The position numbers were made by a program, and so were the translations under genes. Source: Octopus vulgaris (Eukaryota). From it: a stretch of DNA of 64,000 bases. Every line of letters starts with the position of its first letter. Positions within the stretch are counted from its first letter, which is position 1. This document shows, in pieces, positions 53,950 through 64,000 of the stretch. A model generated the notes under the pieces. It was given only the letters and a program-made list of their open reading frames with translations. It was not told the origin of the DNA and searched no databases. Location: contig OX597824.1 of assembly GCA_951406725.2 (NCBI GenBank), positions 9,548,001-9,612,000 on the forward strand. Direction: 5' to 3'.

Positions 53950-54365
53950 CATTTCTTTACTACCCACAAGGAGCTAAATACAGAGAGGACAAACAAAGAC
54001 AGACAAACGGATTAAGTCGATTATATCGACCCCAGTGCGTAACTGGTACTTATTTAATCGATCCCGAAAGGATGAAAGGCAAAGTCGACCTCGGCGGAAT
54101 TTGAACACAGAACGTTCAAACAGACGAAATACCTATTTCTTTACTACCCACAAGGAGCTAAATACAGAGAGGACAAACAAGGACAGACAACGTATTATGG
54201 CGATTATATCGACCCCAGTGCATAACTGGTACTTATTTAATCGACCCCGAAAGGATGAAAGGCAAAGTCGACCTCGGCGGAATTTGAACTCAGAACGTAG
54301 CAGCAGACGAAATAATGTTAAGCATTTCGCCCTGCGTGCTAACATTTCTGCCAGCTCGCCGCCGT
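53950..54365 (-). mobile_element. SINE family C two-unit concatemer within an 18-bp TSD
   Basis: ctcaccactggacctacc at 53932-53949 and 54366-54383. Confidence 0.93.
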
Positions 54366-55353
54366 CTCACCACTGGACCTACCGTGCCTGAGTACTGCAA
54401 TCACTCATTAACAGAAACCTTTGTCATTGCTAATTCATTTCTAAATATCTAACTTTAATTTTCTAAGACAGCTGATAAATATGATGGTTTAAAATCCTGC
54501 CTGTGATTTCGGCCTTACCAACAGCCATGCACATTAATTTATTCCAACGCGAAACTAATACTCTAAATGGAGAAAATCAGTATATTGTAAAATTCCTCGC
54601 TTTCTTTCTCGAGGTTATTAACTATAAAAGGATAATATTCAGCTAGGAATGAAAACTAAATTGTGTAATAGTAATGATGTGCCAAGAAATTAGTGTCACA
54701 TAAAATTGCAAAGTTGCCACAGAATTAGATATCCAGACAAAATGGAACCGAAGAATACTGTTCTATGGAACCGTTCGTTTATTGCTTATGCAGCCTTCCT
54801 TTCTTGTTTTAGTAGTAAATCAGACGACGATGTCTATCTGATTGCCAATTATATTCAACTGTTCGCTAACCATCTTTAACATAATCTTTTATAGGTGAAG
54901 CGTTGATGTGTTCTGTAGAATCCACACCTGCGAAGATTTTTCAATCAAAACGTCATATCGTTATCAACTAATTCTTCGTTTCCTGCCAATGCTATCACAG
55001 TTGGTATACGACTAATCGAAGTATATCTACTAACACTTCTGATATTATCGGAGTTCTTAGTTATTAATTTATGAACAAACTGCCTTTCCCTCAACAAACA
55101 GCCAAACAGGAATACATGTCAACAGCAACCATACATTAATAAAAGGTATTCACAAAACTACGCCACACATAACATTTTGATTATTGTAGACTCAGCGAGA
55201 CAGGGAAGTTGATGACCAACACGTGGCTTCTCGACGTTCTAGAAATAGCAACCAAATTAAAATTTCCTTAAAGATTAAACCTTGCTTCTTAACAAGACAA
55301 CCCATACATCGGACAATATATCTGCTATGTACAAAGTGGCACAGCAACATCGA

Positions 55354-55729
55354 GTGGAGGCGCAATGGCCCAGTGGTTAGGGCAGCGGACTCGCGATCGG
55401 AGGATCGCGGTTTCGATTCCCAGACAGGGCGTTTTGTGTGTTTATTGAGCGAAAACACCTAAAAGCTCCACGAGGCTCCGACAGGGGGTTGTGGCGAACC
55501 CTGTTGAACTCTTTCGCCCCAAATTTCTCTCACTCTTTCTTCCTGTTTCTTATCCCCGACTTCCTACGCAACTGCTGAGCCTAGATGCGCATTCATCCAT
55601 CCGTCGATGCTCTCCGTGTCGGGGGTTGACCTGCTTTCTCTTCTGCGGGTCTTGCGAGTAGCAAAGGACCACGTTTTGGACTTCTCCCATCTTGCGAGCT
55701 CTGGGACGAAGACCGTTCGCTCAACGGCA
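55354..55729 (+). mobile_element. SINE family A, tail type 1
   Basis: Matches 228-663; flanking repeat acagcaacatc at 55341 and 55730. Confidence 0.9.
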
Positions 55730-56046
55730 ACAGCAACATCAACAAGGAAAAAAACAATATTATGTATTCATATGACAGAGTGTATTCATATTACCAACAT
55801 TTGGTCGCGCGATACTCAGAAATAACATCCAAATTTCACAAAAATTACAGCATACTATATTCAAAAACGAAGGAAGCATTTGTTAACGTAATCCTATATA
55901 ACCACAAAAAGGCGGAATGAAAACAATGATGGAAGTGTTTCTGAGTGTATCGCTTCTCGGAGTTGAATTAGTTAATTCTAAACAACATTTGCAACAACAA
56001 TAACTGATATGCTTTCATATGAAACATTACTTTAGTTTCACTTAAA

Positions 56047-56200
56047 CATTTAAATTTAATTTGCCAAAATATTTTCGTCGCTTTGAAACCGCGACCTCAT
56101 CACTGACAAAATTCCTTGCCTGCATCTCACAGAATTTTGTCATTGATCAGGTCGCAGTTTCAAAGCGACGAAAATATTTTGGCAATTTAAATTTAAATGT
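56047..56200. mobile_element. Fold-back element with ~65-bp arms, each arm a hammerhead-like motif
   Basis: acatttaaattt...actgacaaaatt / aattttgtcatt...tttaaatgt. Confidence 0.7.
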
Positions 56201-57212
56201 CGAAGCGAATCTAACGGGATTTTTTTTTTTTTGTATTTTTAAATGGCTTATAAACACCTTCCACTCTGCAATTGTTTTCGTTCCAGCACACGACCTCACA
56301 CAAGGTCACTTCCTATGCAAGTACACCTCCGTTATCACTTAGTATATCACCAAAATTTTGTTACATAAATTATCGACGTGTCAGCAGTGTTTATTTTGCA
56401 TACCAAAGATTATTTTAGGGTAGACCCGAAAATTTTATCTGTCTCCGTATTCGTAACTTAAATATATTATTCCAATGCAACAGACACATGAAACAGCCGT
56501 AAAGATCTGCCTCGTTTATTATATTCCTTTACGGTGTACAGCAAAGAGGCATTGACTAGACAGCCGCCTTTCTATATTATTAACTTTTATCAGCAATCAT
56601 ATATCCAACGTGTTAGAGCCTCTTCATAATATTATATTTATAACAAGTGTTGTTATATTTATAAGTAAACCGGGTAGACGGAGTTGAATATTAGTCACAC
56701 GTTTGGCCGTTAGTTCTGTTGTAAAAAACTGCTGACGTGAAACCTATGTTTGTTTTTAATATTAAAGTAATCTCTAGAATGAAAAATAAGCACTGCTGGC
56801 AAGTTAGTCATTTATGTAATGGAATTAAATATTTTATCCAAAACAAATCGTCATAAAACATAGAACATACATTTCTTGTCTATCAATCTTTGGAGAGCAA
56901 AACATTCAAATATTTTTTGTTTATTTTTAGTTTCTAATGCAAATAGTAAACAATGGTGCCGTTGGTGGAAGAAGCATAAATATATATATATATATATATA
57001 TACGTATATATAGATACATATATATATGTGTGTGTGTGTGCGTGTGTGAAGTATATTTGCCACTTAAATGTGGCTAACCACTAAGGATGGATGCTGCTGT
57101 AGCCTCTAGCCCCAGGAGAACATCTTCTCCCGCTGGCTATCGACACACATTCTGTGCCCTATCAGTATTTGCAAAGGGAAGCCAACCTTCCCATCATCGA
57201 CCTGACGTGATA

Positions 57213-57257
57213 CGCACGGACCCGGTTTTCTGGGTATTTACCCGTCGTCAGCGCACG
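57213..57257 (-). ncRNA. Degenerate type I hammerhead-like motif in a ~300-bp element (57040-57345) flanked by microsatellites
   Basis: CGUGCG-CUGACGA-C-GGGUA-aa-UACCC-A-GAAAA-CCGG-GUC|CGUGCG. Confidence 0.62.
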
Positions 57258-57341
57258 ACAATCATCGGCCTTCGATGCGAAGGGGAGATCAGTGACTTTC
57301 CGTCACTGGAAAAAGGATCTATGTATTTGCATTGGGACCCC

Positions 57342-57391
<50 letters not shown>

Positions 57392-57734
57392 GGTCGCTCC
57401 CGTCGATTTCGACGTATGAGTGTTTGTAGAAGAGGATTAAAGAGAGACAGACGGACAGAGAACAACTTTTAAAACCAAGAAAATTACAGCAAAGCTGCGG
57501 GATCGTGGTGTCAAACGTGGCATGCAGACCATCATTCTTCTCTTCCGCACATGCACATTGCATGCTCAGACTTCTCTTTCTGGTTCCTACTATAATATAT
57601 TTTAGATAAAACCAAAGAATTACTCTATCATTAACTTATCATGGAAAGGACCCTAACCTCTTAATTCCATTCCTAACAAAAAAAGAACTGCTACCTAATT
57701 TAATAAGACATTCACGATGGTTATCCGTTTTTGC

Positions 57735-58510
57735 AGGCGGCGAGCTGGCAGAATCGTTAGCACGCTGGACGAAGTGCTTTGCGGTTTTTCGTCTGCCGTT
57801 ACGTTCTGAGTTCAAATTCAGCGGAGGTTGACTTTGTCTTTCATCCTTTCGGGGTCGATTAAATAAGTACCATTTACGCACTTGTGTCGATATAATCGAC
57901 TTAATCCGTTTGTCTGTCCTTGTTTGTCCTCTCTGTGTTTAGCCCCTTGTGGGCAATAAAGAAATAGGTATTTCTTCTGCCGCTACGTTCTGAGTTCAAA
58001 TTCCGCAGAGGTTGACTTTGCCTTTCATCCTTTCGAGGTCGATAAATTAAGTACCAGTTACGCACTGGGGTCGATATAATCAACTTAATCTCTTTGTCTG
58101 TCCTTATTTGTCTTTGTCTTCTCTGTGTTTAGCTCCTTGTGGGTAGTAAAGAAATAGGTATTTTGTCTGCAGTTACGTTCTGAGTTCAAATTCCGCCGAG
58201 GTTGACTTTGCCTTTCATCCTTTCGGGGTCGATTAAATTAGTACCAGTTACGCACTGGGGTCGATATAATTGACTTAATCCGTTTCTCTGTCCTTGTTTG
58301 TCCTCTCTGTGTTTAGCCCCTTGTGGGTAGTAAAGAAATAGGTATTTCGTCTGTCTCTATGTTCTGACTGCAAATTCTGCCGAGTTCGACTTTGCCTTTC
58401 ATCATTTTGGGGTCGATAAATTAAGTGCCAGTTCCGTACTGAAGTTGATGTAATCGACTGGCCCCCTACCCAAAAATTTCAGACCTGGTTCCTAGAATAG
58501 AAAAGAATAT
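57735..58510 (+). mobile_element. SINE family C four-unit concatemer ending in the alternative tail
   Basis: Head at 57735; restarts at ~57967, ~58157 and ~58341. Confidence 0.92.
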
Positions 58511-58599
58511 TACTTTAAATGCGAGAACTAGACTCTGTATTATATAATATTAGGGTTTAAAAGTCTTTGTAATATTGCTTTATTTTTAGCAGAGAGATG

Positions 58600-59660
58600 A
58601 GAGGGTTCGGTCGAAATTAACAATATAATAACATTATACATCCTACGTTGGCTTTATACCATGTTCCACAATTCTATAGGTAATCTCTGTAGGGATGATG
58701 ACCTAACAATTCCTAGCAATCACAGACATCAAAAAGTCATAGGTTGCGAACAGTTCTGCAAATAGAAAGTAACGCTTGATTATAACTTTAACTTAATTAA
58801 CTATCTTTATTTATACTCAACTTTAATCACACAGTTCACACAGTTTAAAGTATCTCACAAGTCATTCCATTATATGTGAAGATTTTCCTACGGAACTTAT
58901 ATCGCCTTTGTGTTAAAGATTATATCGTAACGTAACTTCAAATGAGACTATTTTTAAAGACTCACTCTTAGTATCATATAACAATGACGCCTTATAAAAT
59001 AGTTATTTCAATTCCAAAATTAGTTAGATTAGAAGATCAAATGCAACGTCTAACCCTAATAGAAGGAATAATAAGATCAGAAACAGAAGCAGCAGTGTGG
59101 AGGATGGATAGGGCAGCGGACTCGTGGTCGTAAGAATGCGGTTTCGATTCCCAGACCGGGCATTGTGAGTGTTTATTGAGCAAAAACACCTAAGCTCCAC
59201 GAGGCTCCGCGGGGTGGTGGTGAACCCCGCTGTACTCTTTCACCACAACTTTCTCCCACTCCTTATTCCTACTTCTGCCACAAAGCAGAGGAACCATGGT
59301 GTAACCCACTATGGTGTGGTAAGACTTTCAGACCCTAGTCTAGATTGCGAATCCTCTGTACCCCAGGATGGTTCAGCTCTCCACCCGTTAAAGGCCACCG
59401 TTTACGGAATGAGGATAACAACGTAGATTTCGCGCCCGTGCAACCGCCAGTCTATCGCGTGTGGTGGATGGATCTTCAAGTTGTCACACGCATTCTTAGT
59501 AGCTTAGAGTAGGCTCGAATTAGAGATTATTCTTTGTGGCTAATGGCGTGATTCCTGATTGCAAGAAGAAGAAGACGCTGGTATAAACTCATTCAATCAA
59601 ATATCCCGAAATCAGTTTCAAATTTTCCTCAAACTGCTAAGGAAATTTTGCCATCTATAA
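58600..59660 (+). pseudogene. Penelope-like RT C-terminal relic interrupted by a SINE
   Basis: IGNLCRDDDLTI (cf. IGLYRDDGL); SNETIFKDS..Y.NDAL*NSYF; RNR|WY..FLKLL; heavily decayed. Confidence 0.55.
59097..59573 (+). mobile_element. SINE family A, tail type 4 ending in (GAA)n
   Basis: Family A head/body to ~59262, then ~310 bp unlike the other tails. Confidence 0.8.
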
Positions 59661-61211
59661 CATTGCAACCAAAATCGGACAAATATAATCGAAATGTAAA
59701 TTGTACAAGTCAAATGCTAACCAAAACTTTGGTAATTTTAAGGGTCCAAAATAAGATTCACTGAAGCAAATATTTATAACCAGAAATATTTATAGTGCTA
59801 TGGTATATTTCAATATTGTCTCGAATTTTAATGCTAATTTTGTATCGACGTCTTTAGAAATACCATCTTTACAACATGTTCATACATTTCAGAATCACAA
59901 AAGATCCAGTGACATAAATTTATCCATATAAATATGGACACTCAAGACTAAAAGTATTCTCCTTAATATGAAGTGAAATTCAATCAATGCCACCGAATCA
60001 TATACTTAATATTATACAAGGATACAAAGATATGCTCCTTATGCATATCATATGCTTATCAAATAGCATGGCCGACGGCTCCTCTATTCTAAACCAAATT
60101 CTGAACTGAATTTTAGTTATATGCACAGAAGTCATACAATGCTTTAACTTTTTAGAACTTTTTATTAAGCAATTTTTTTTTATAAAATATGAGAAGCGTA
60201 TCTTCCTTCTGTTGATTATACGAGTTTCTAAAAGTTTATACAATTCTTCCCATCATTTTGTCCACCAAATGAATAACATAACAGAATTAGAATGACTCGT
60301 CTTCTGTCATCGATAACTTAGTATAAGTTAGTGTAAAACTTTTAACAATTAAATTATCATGAAACACCTAACTTCACGTAAAAGCTATTACAATACCCAT
60401 AGAGACTATTTGTGTTTCTTCTGCTTTTCCATTTACCATTATAAAACTATATTCATTTCAGTCAACGCTTGCTCGCGATATTCTATAATAACAGTTACAC
60501 TAAAAGCCAAGAAGTATTTTAAAACACTTTTCTATATATTTCTATTGAATGGTTTTCCTCCACCTCGTCCAGTCGATAGGAGAATAAGTACAACCACGAA
60601 GATGTCTAAGGCTTCTGTGTGTTTGTACTTGGATGTACAAGCTTGGAAAAGGTTTTACCTTGTGGAATATTAGGAGCTGGTAATGAATGCAAGTGTGTCC
60701 TCTCGGCGCCACAAGTTTTATGGAAGCGAAATGCAAGGTAAGGCTGATACAACTAAGCACCAGTCCTGCTGCATGCGTTCACAAAGAGCTAGAACAGATG
60801 ACGCTAAATCGACGCCTCAATAATTCAGCTGCTCACCAATATGGAGGGATGCGTTTTATTTTATTTTCCATCAACGAAACGACGAAAAGCAAGTCTAACC
60901 TCGGCTAAATACGAACACAGAGTGCTGACACTTGCAAAATATACTGAGAGTCATGCTATTTGACGATGCAATGACTCTGCCTATACCTCATCTTTGACAG
61001 GGAAAAAAGAGCCAACAACTACTTCACGTGTTGCTTTCTCCAAACACAATGCCTTCATGTTGATTCATCGGGAATCTACAATATTCCGGGAACCAAGGAC
61101 TCCGTACATCTCAACAACTATAGGCACGAACAGAAATTTGCTTTTATTCATTTTACGCCCGTCCGTGGTGCAAGCAGCAACTACTTCTCATGTAAAACTT
61201 TATTACTTATG

Positions 61212-61594
61212 AAGTAATGTCCGTAGCCACTTCAAAATGGCTGTTGCGTTCAAAACGGACTTTGCTCCGATTTTTTAACCCCAAGAGGGCATTTCCTTTA
61301 GCTTGTTAACGATGCACAGCTGCATCCGAGATATTGCTAGCAGGGGAGCGAACTCCTACCACCTTCTAGCGACGGGACCGGCAGACCAGTCTTAGTTTTG
61401 CGCTATTTCTGCCTCTCTTCAGTACTGGACATCTCGTCAGCTCGAAATGATAGTAGCTCGCTTCTGCTCACAATGTATATATATATAATTTCAAGCGTTA
61501 ATCACCTAAAGGAGGTGTCCTCTTGGGCTTAAGAAGTCGCAGTAAAGTCCTTTCGAACGGAACCGCCATGTTGAAGTGGCTACAAACATTACTT
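61212..61594. mobile_element. MITE-like element with ~90-bp imperfect TIRs
   Basis: aagtaatgtccgtagccacttcaaaatggc...cctttag is mirrored by ctaaagg...gccatgttgaagtggctacaaacattactt. Confidence 0.8.
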
Positions 61595-61631
61595 GTCAGT
61601 ACAACTACTGCGTTGATCTCTTAGAGAGATT

Positions 61632-61650
61632 TTAGAACTAGCTTTTTTTT

Positions 61651-61719
<69 letters not shown>

Positions 61720-61720
61720 C

Positions 61721-61797
<77 letters not shown>

Positions 61798-61804
61798 CGC
61801 GTGC

Positions 61805-61837
<33 letters not shown>

Positions 61838-61905
61838 TGTGTGTGTATGTGTGTGTGTGTGTGTGTGTGTTTGTGTGTGTGCGTGCGTGCGTGTGTGGTG
61901 TGTGT
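61632..61905. repeat. (TG)n/(TGCG)n microsatellite
   Basis: Directly visible. Confidence 0.97.
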
Positions 61906-62101
61906 GTATACACTCCAAGCCGCACATACACAAACAGCATTGCCCGTATCGTTAGGCCTGGAAGTTGATTGCCCTGCAGTATTCGTTCCCGCCATGTCTG
62001 CCGAGGTAAACTTTGCGTTTCACTATTTTAAAATCGGTAATTCAAATATCAGTCATGTATTAAGACCGAAACTTCTCCGTCTTTCTCTCCCTCTCTCTCT
62101 A

Positions 62102-62385
62102 TGAAGAAGAAGCAGGAGAAGAAGGAGGAGGAGGAGGGCAGGTGCAGGAGGCGGAGAAGAAGAAGAAGAAGAAGAAGAAGTGGAGGAGGAGAAGGAAGTG
62201 GAGGAGGTGGAGAAGCATAAGAAGAAAAAGAAGAAGGAGGAGAAGGTGATGGAGTTGGAGGAGAAGAATAAAAAGAAGAAGGGGGAGGAGGAGAAGGAGG
62301 AGAACAACAACAAAAACAACAGCAGCAACACGAAGATCAAGAACAACAACAACACGAACAAGAACAAGAACAAGAAGAAAGACGA
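62102..62385. repeat. (GAA)/(GGA)/(CAA) trinucleotide low-complexity tract
   Basis: Directly visible. Confidence 0.92.
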
Positions 62386-62679
62386 CATGGAATGTTGTCA
62401 AACTGGTAAAGCGGTGATGACCACGCATAGACCAATGCCAGAGGCACACCACAGGGAGCGATGGCAACTCGATGGTTCCATGAGAACTCGAGGTATAAAG
62501 ATTTGTAATAGTTCTATGTATAAGAGGGAGAGAGAGAGAGAGAAAGAGAAGGAAAGAGAAAGAGAGATAAACTCGGGGGGGGGTTGCTTTCAACACTTTA
62601 CCAATGACCGTTATTAAGTATTATTTTGGCTTCAATCTTTCGCTTGCTTTTTCTTGTACTGTTTTTTCTTAAAAACAAT

Positions 62680-63050
62680 GTATTTGGCACAGTTCTGGCT
62701 CCACTCTTAGCTTTTGGACAATTCCGATTTCTGTAGTTAATAGATATCACATGAGTTATGCAAAAGTTCTTCGTTGCTAACAGATTCCAAAAACTAATAT
62801 AAACACTTGCTATTCTCAATGAATATTTTATAAGCTCACAGCCGACAGTTCTCTATATTTGATTATACGACTTGCTACATTATGTTGTTTCTCCAACCTG
62901 ACTAGTCTTATGTGTAGTTTTCTCAAGAGCTATGTATCGACGCATTTGTGTCAGTAGGTATTTTAATAATTTCGTTTCTACTTTTACATTTTCTCAAAAA
63001 CATATTGGCAGATGTTTCCAGTTTGAACTGGCGAAAGAATAGTAACTTGT
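62680..63050 (-). pseudogene. Possible hAT (Charlie-type) transposase C-terminal relic
   Basis: LLATKNFC..YRNR..KLRVEPEL resembles the recalled FATTYLCE..KYRNRL.VE.DLR; weak. Confidence 0.35.
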
Positions 63051-63461
63051 ACGTTACTTTTTAAAAAGCAGTCTTCTTCGTAAATCAATTATTCAGTTAT
63101 TTAGTGTCTTGTGTACGATTTTCAGCCAACAACCAGAGCTACAATTATGGCGATTTCTTATTTGAAAGTTATTGATGAGGTTTCAAAGATTACCACATAT
63201 CAAACAGAAACAAGGCGACAGTGTGGTAGTAAATCACTGTACTAGACTGAATAATTGACAAACTGACCTGTGAAATTATAGTTTTGGGTTCAAATTAAAA
63301 GCGTCATTCTAATGAATGTTGTTAATGTAGATACATGATTCTGCAAAGTGGCTCGGCTTGCACACTATCAAATGGTTGGTAATAAATCAATGGGAATCCT
63401 ACCATTAGAAGTACATTGTGTCTGTCTAACATACTTAACACTAACGCCAGTAATTAGGATG

Positions 63462-63881
63462 GGATCTTTTCGGTTTGACCGGCAGTTTTTTTAAAATAAT
63501 TTCCATGTAACTAAACACTTTTAAACTTCGTATACTGGTAGAATGTGTTTGTAAAACATCTTTTTCTCTTGGCTTTATTGAGAAAATTCTATAGTTTGTA
63601 AGATATTTGTTGGTTGTTTTTCTTCAATTTCTACAATTCCAACCAATCAATGACGTCTATTGAGGTGAAAACATTCTGTGCCGTATGAATATGTCCCTCG
63701 TTTAAGAAACAGATTGGGTTTATTTACATTTGTGAAGAAAAAAAGATACCCTTCCCCCCCAACCCTAACCCTAAGCCTAAAACAGATTGAAATGCAATAG
63801 ATCGATACTAGGGTCATAATTATGGGTGACAATATCATATGACACCGCTAGAAAAAACTGTCGTTCAAACCGAAAAGATCC
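63462..63881. mobile_element. MITE with ~29-bp TIRs and 7-8-bp TSD (Merlin-like)
   Basis: ggatcttttcggtttgaccggcagttttt / aaaaactgtcgttcaaaccgaaaagatcc; flanks ttaggat(g) and ttaggat(t). Confidence 0.85.
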
Positions 63882-64000
63882 TTAGGATTTCCCATCGAAC
63901 TGAAATTAAGTAACAAAAATTGTTAGATTTTAACCTCGTTAAAAGCAGCTGCATTATAAAATTAACGAGTGTTTCTTTGGCTGGTGGACATGGGTTCAAT

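Noticed and set aside
59850-60330. Possible hAT transposase relic (minus strand); similar hints at 17700-18050 and a Tc1-like hint at 47170-47330
   Set aside because: Only faint motif resemblance; not supportable without a translated search.
62180-62617. 145-aa E/K/N-rich ORF
   Set aside because: Trinucleotide and (GA)n repeats; no recognisable domain.

Overview
AT-rich, repeat-saturated animal DNA that is intergenic or deep-intronic. I infer an octopus (coleoid cephalopod) from the SINE families and the very heavy (TA)n/(CATA)n/(GATA)n load. I found no supportable host protein-coding exon, rRNA or genuine tRNA gene; almost all listed ORFs are microsatellite or SINE read-throughs. The window holds about 35 copies or fragments of three tRNA-derived SINE families, decayed RTE, L1/Tx1 and Penelope-like retroelements, two mariner relics, Helitron pieces, MITEs and a 32-bp minisatellite. 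The main finding is a near-perfect head-to-tail array of ~596-bp units (18434-19981), bounded by (TA)n. Each unit carries an intact type I hammerhead ribozyme on the minus strand, so it looks retrozyme- or Penelope-pLTR-like and is predicted to self-process into ~596-nt monomers. About nine further hammerhead-like motifs from different families are dispersed through the window, and Penelope-like RT/GIY-YIG relics are also present. Other points: one SINE head is joined to four different tails, SINE concatemers lie inside single target-site duplications, and inverted SINE pairs are present. All calls were made by eye, with no database searches or folding software.
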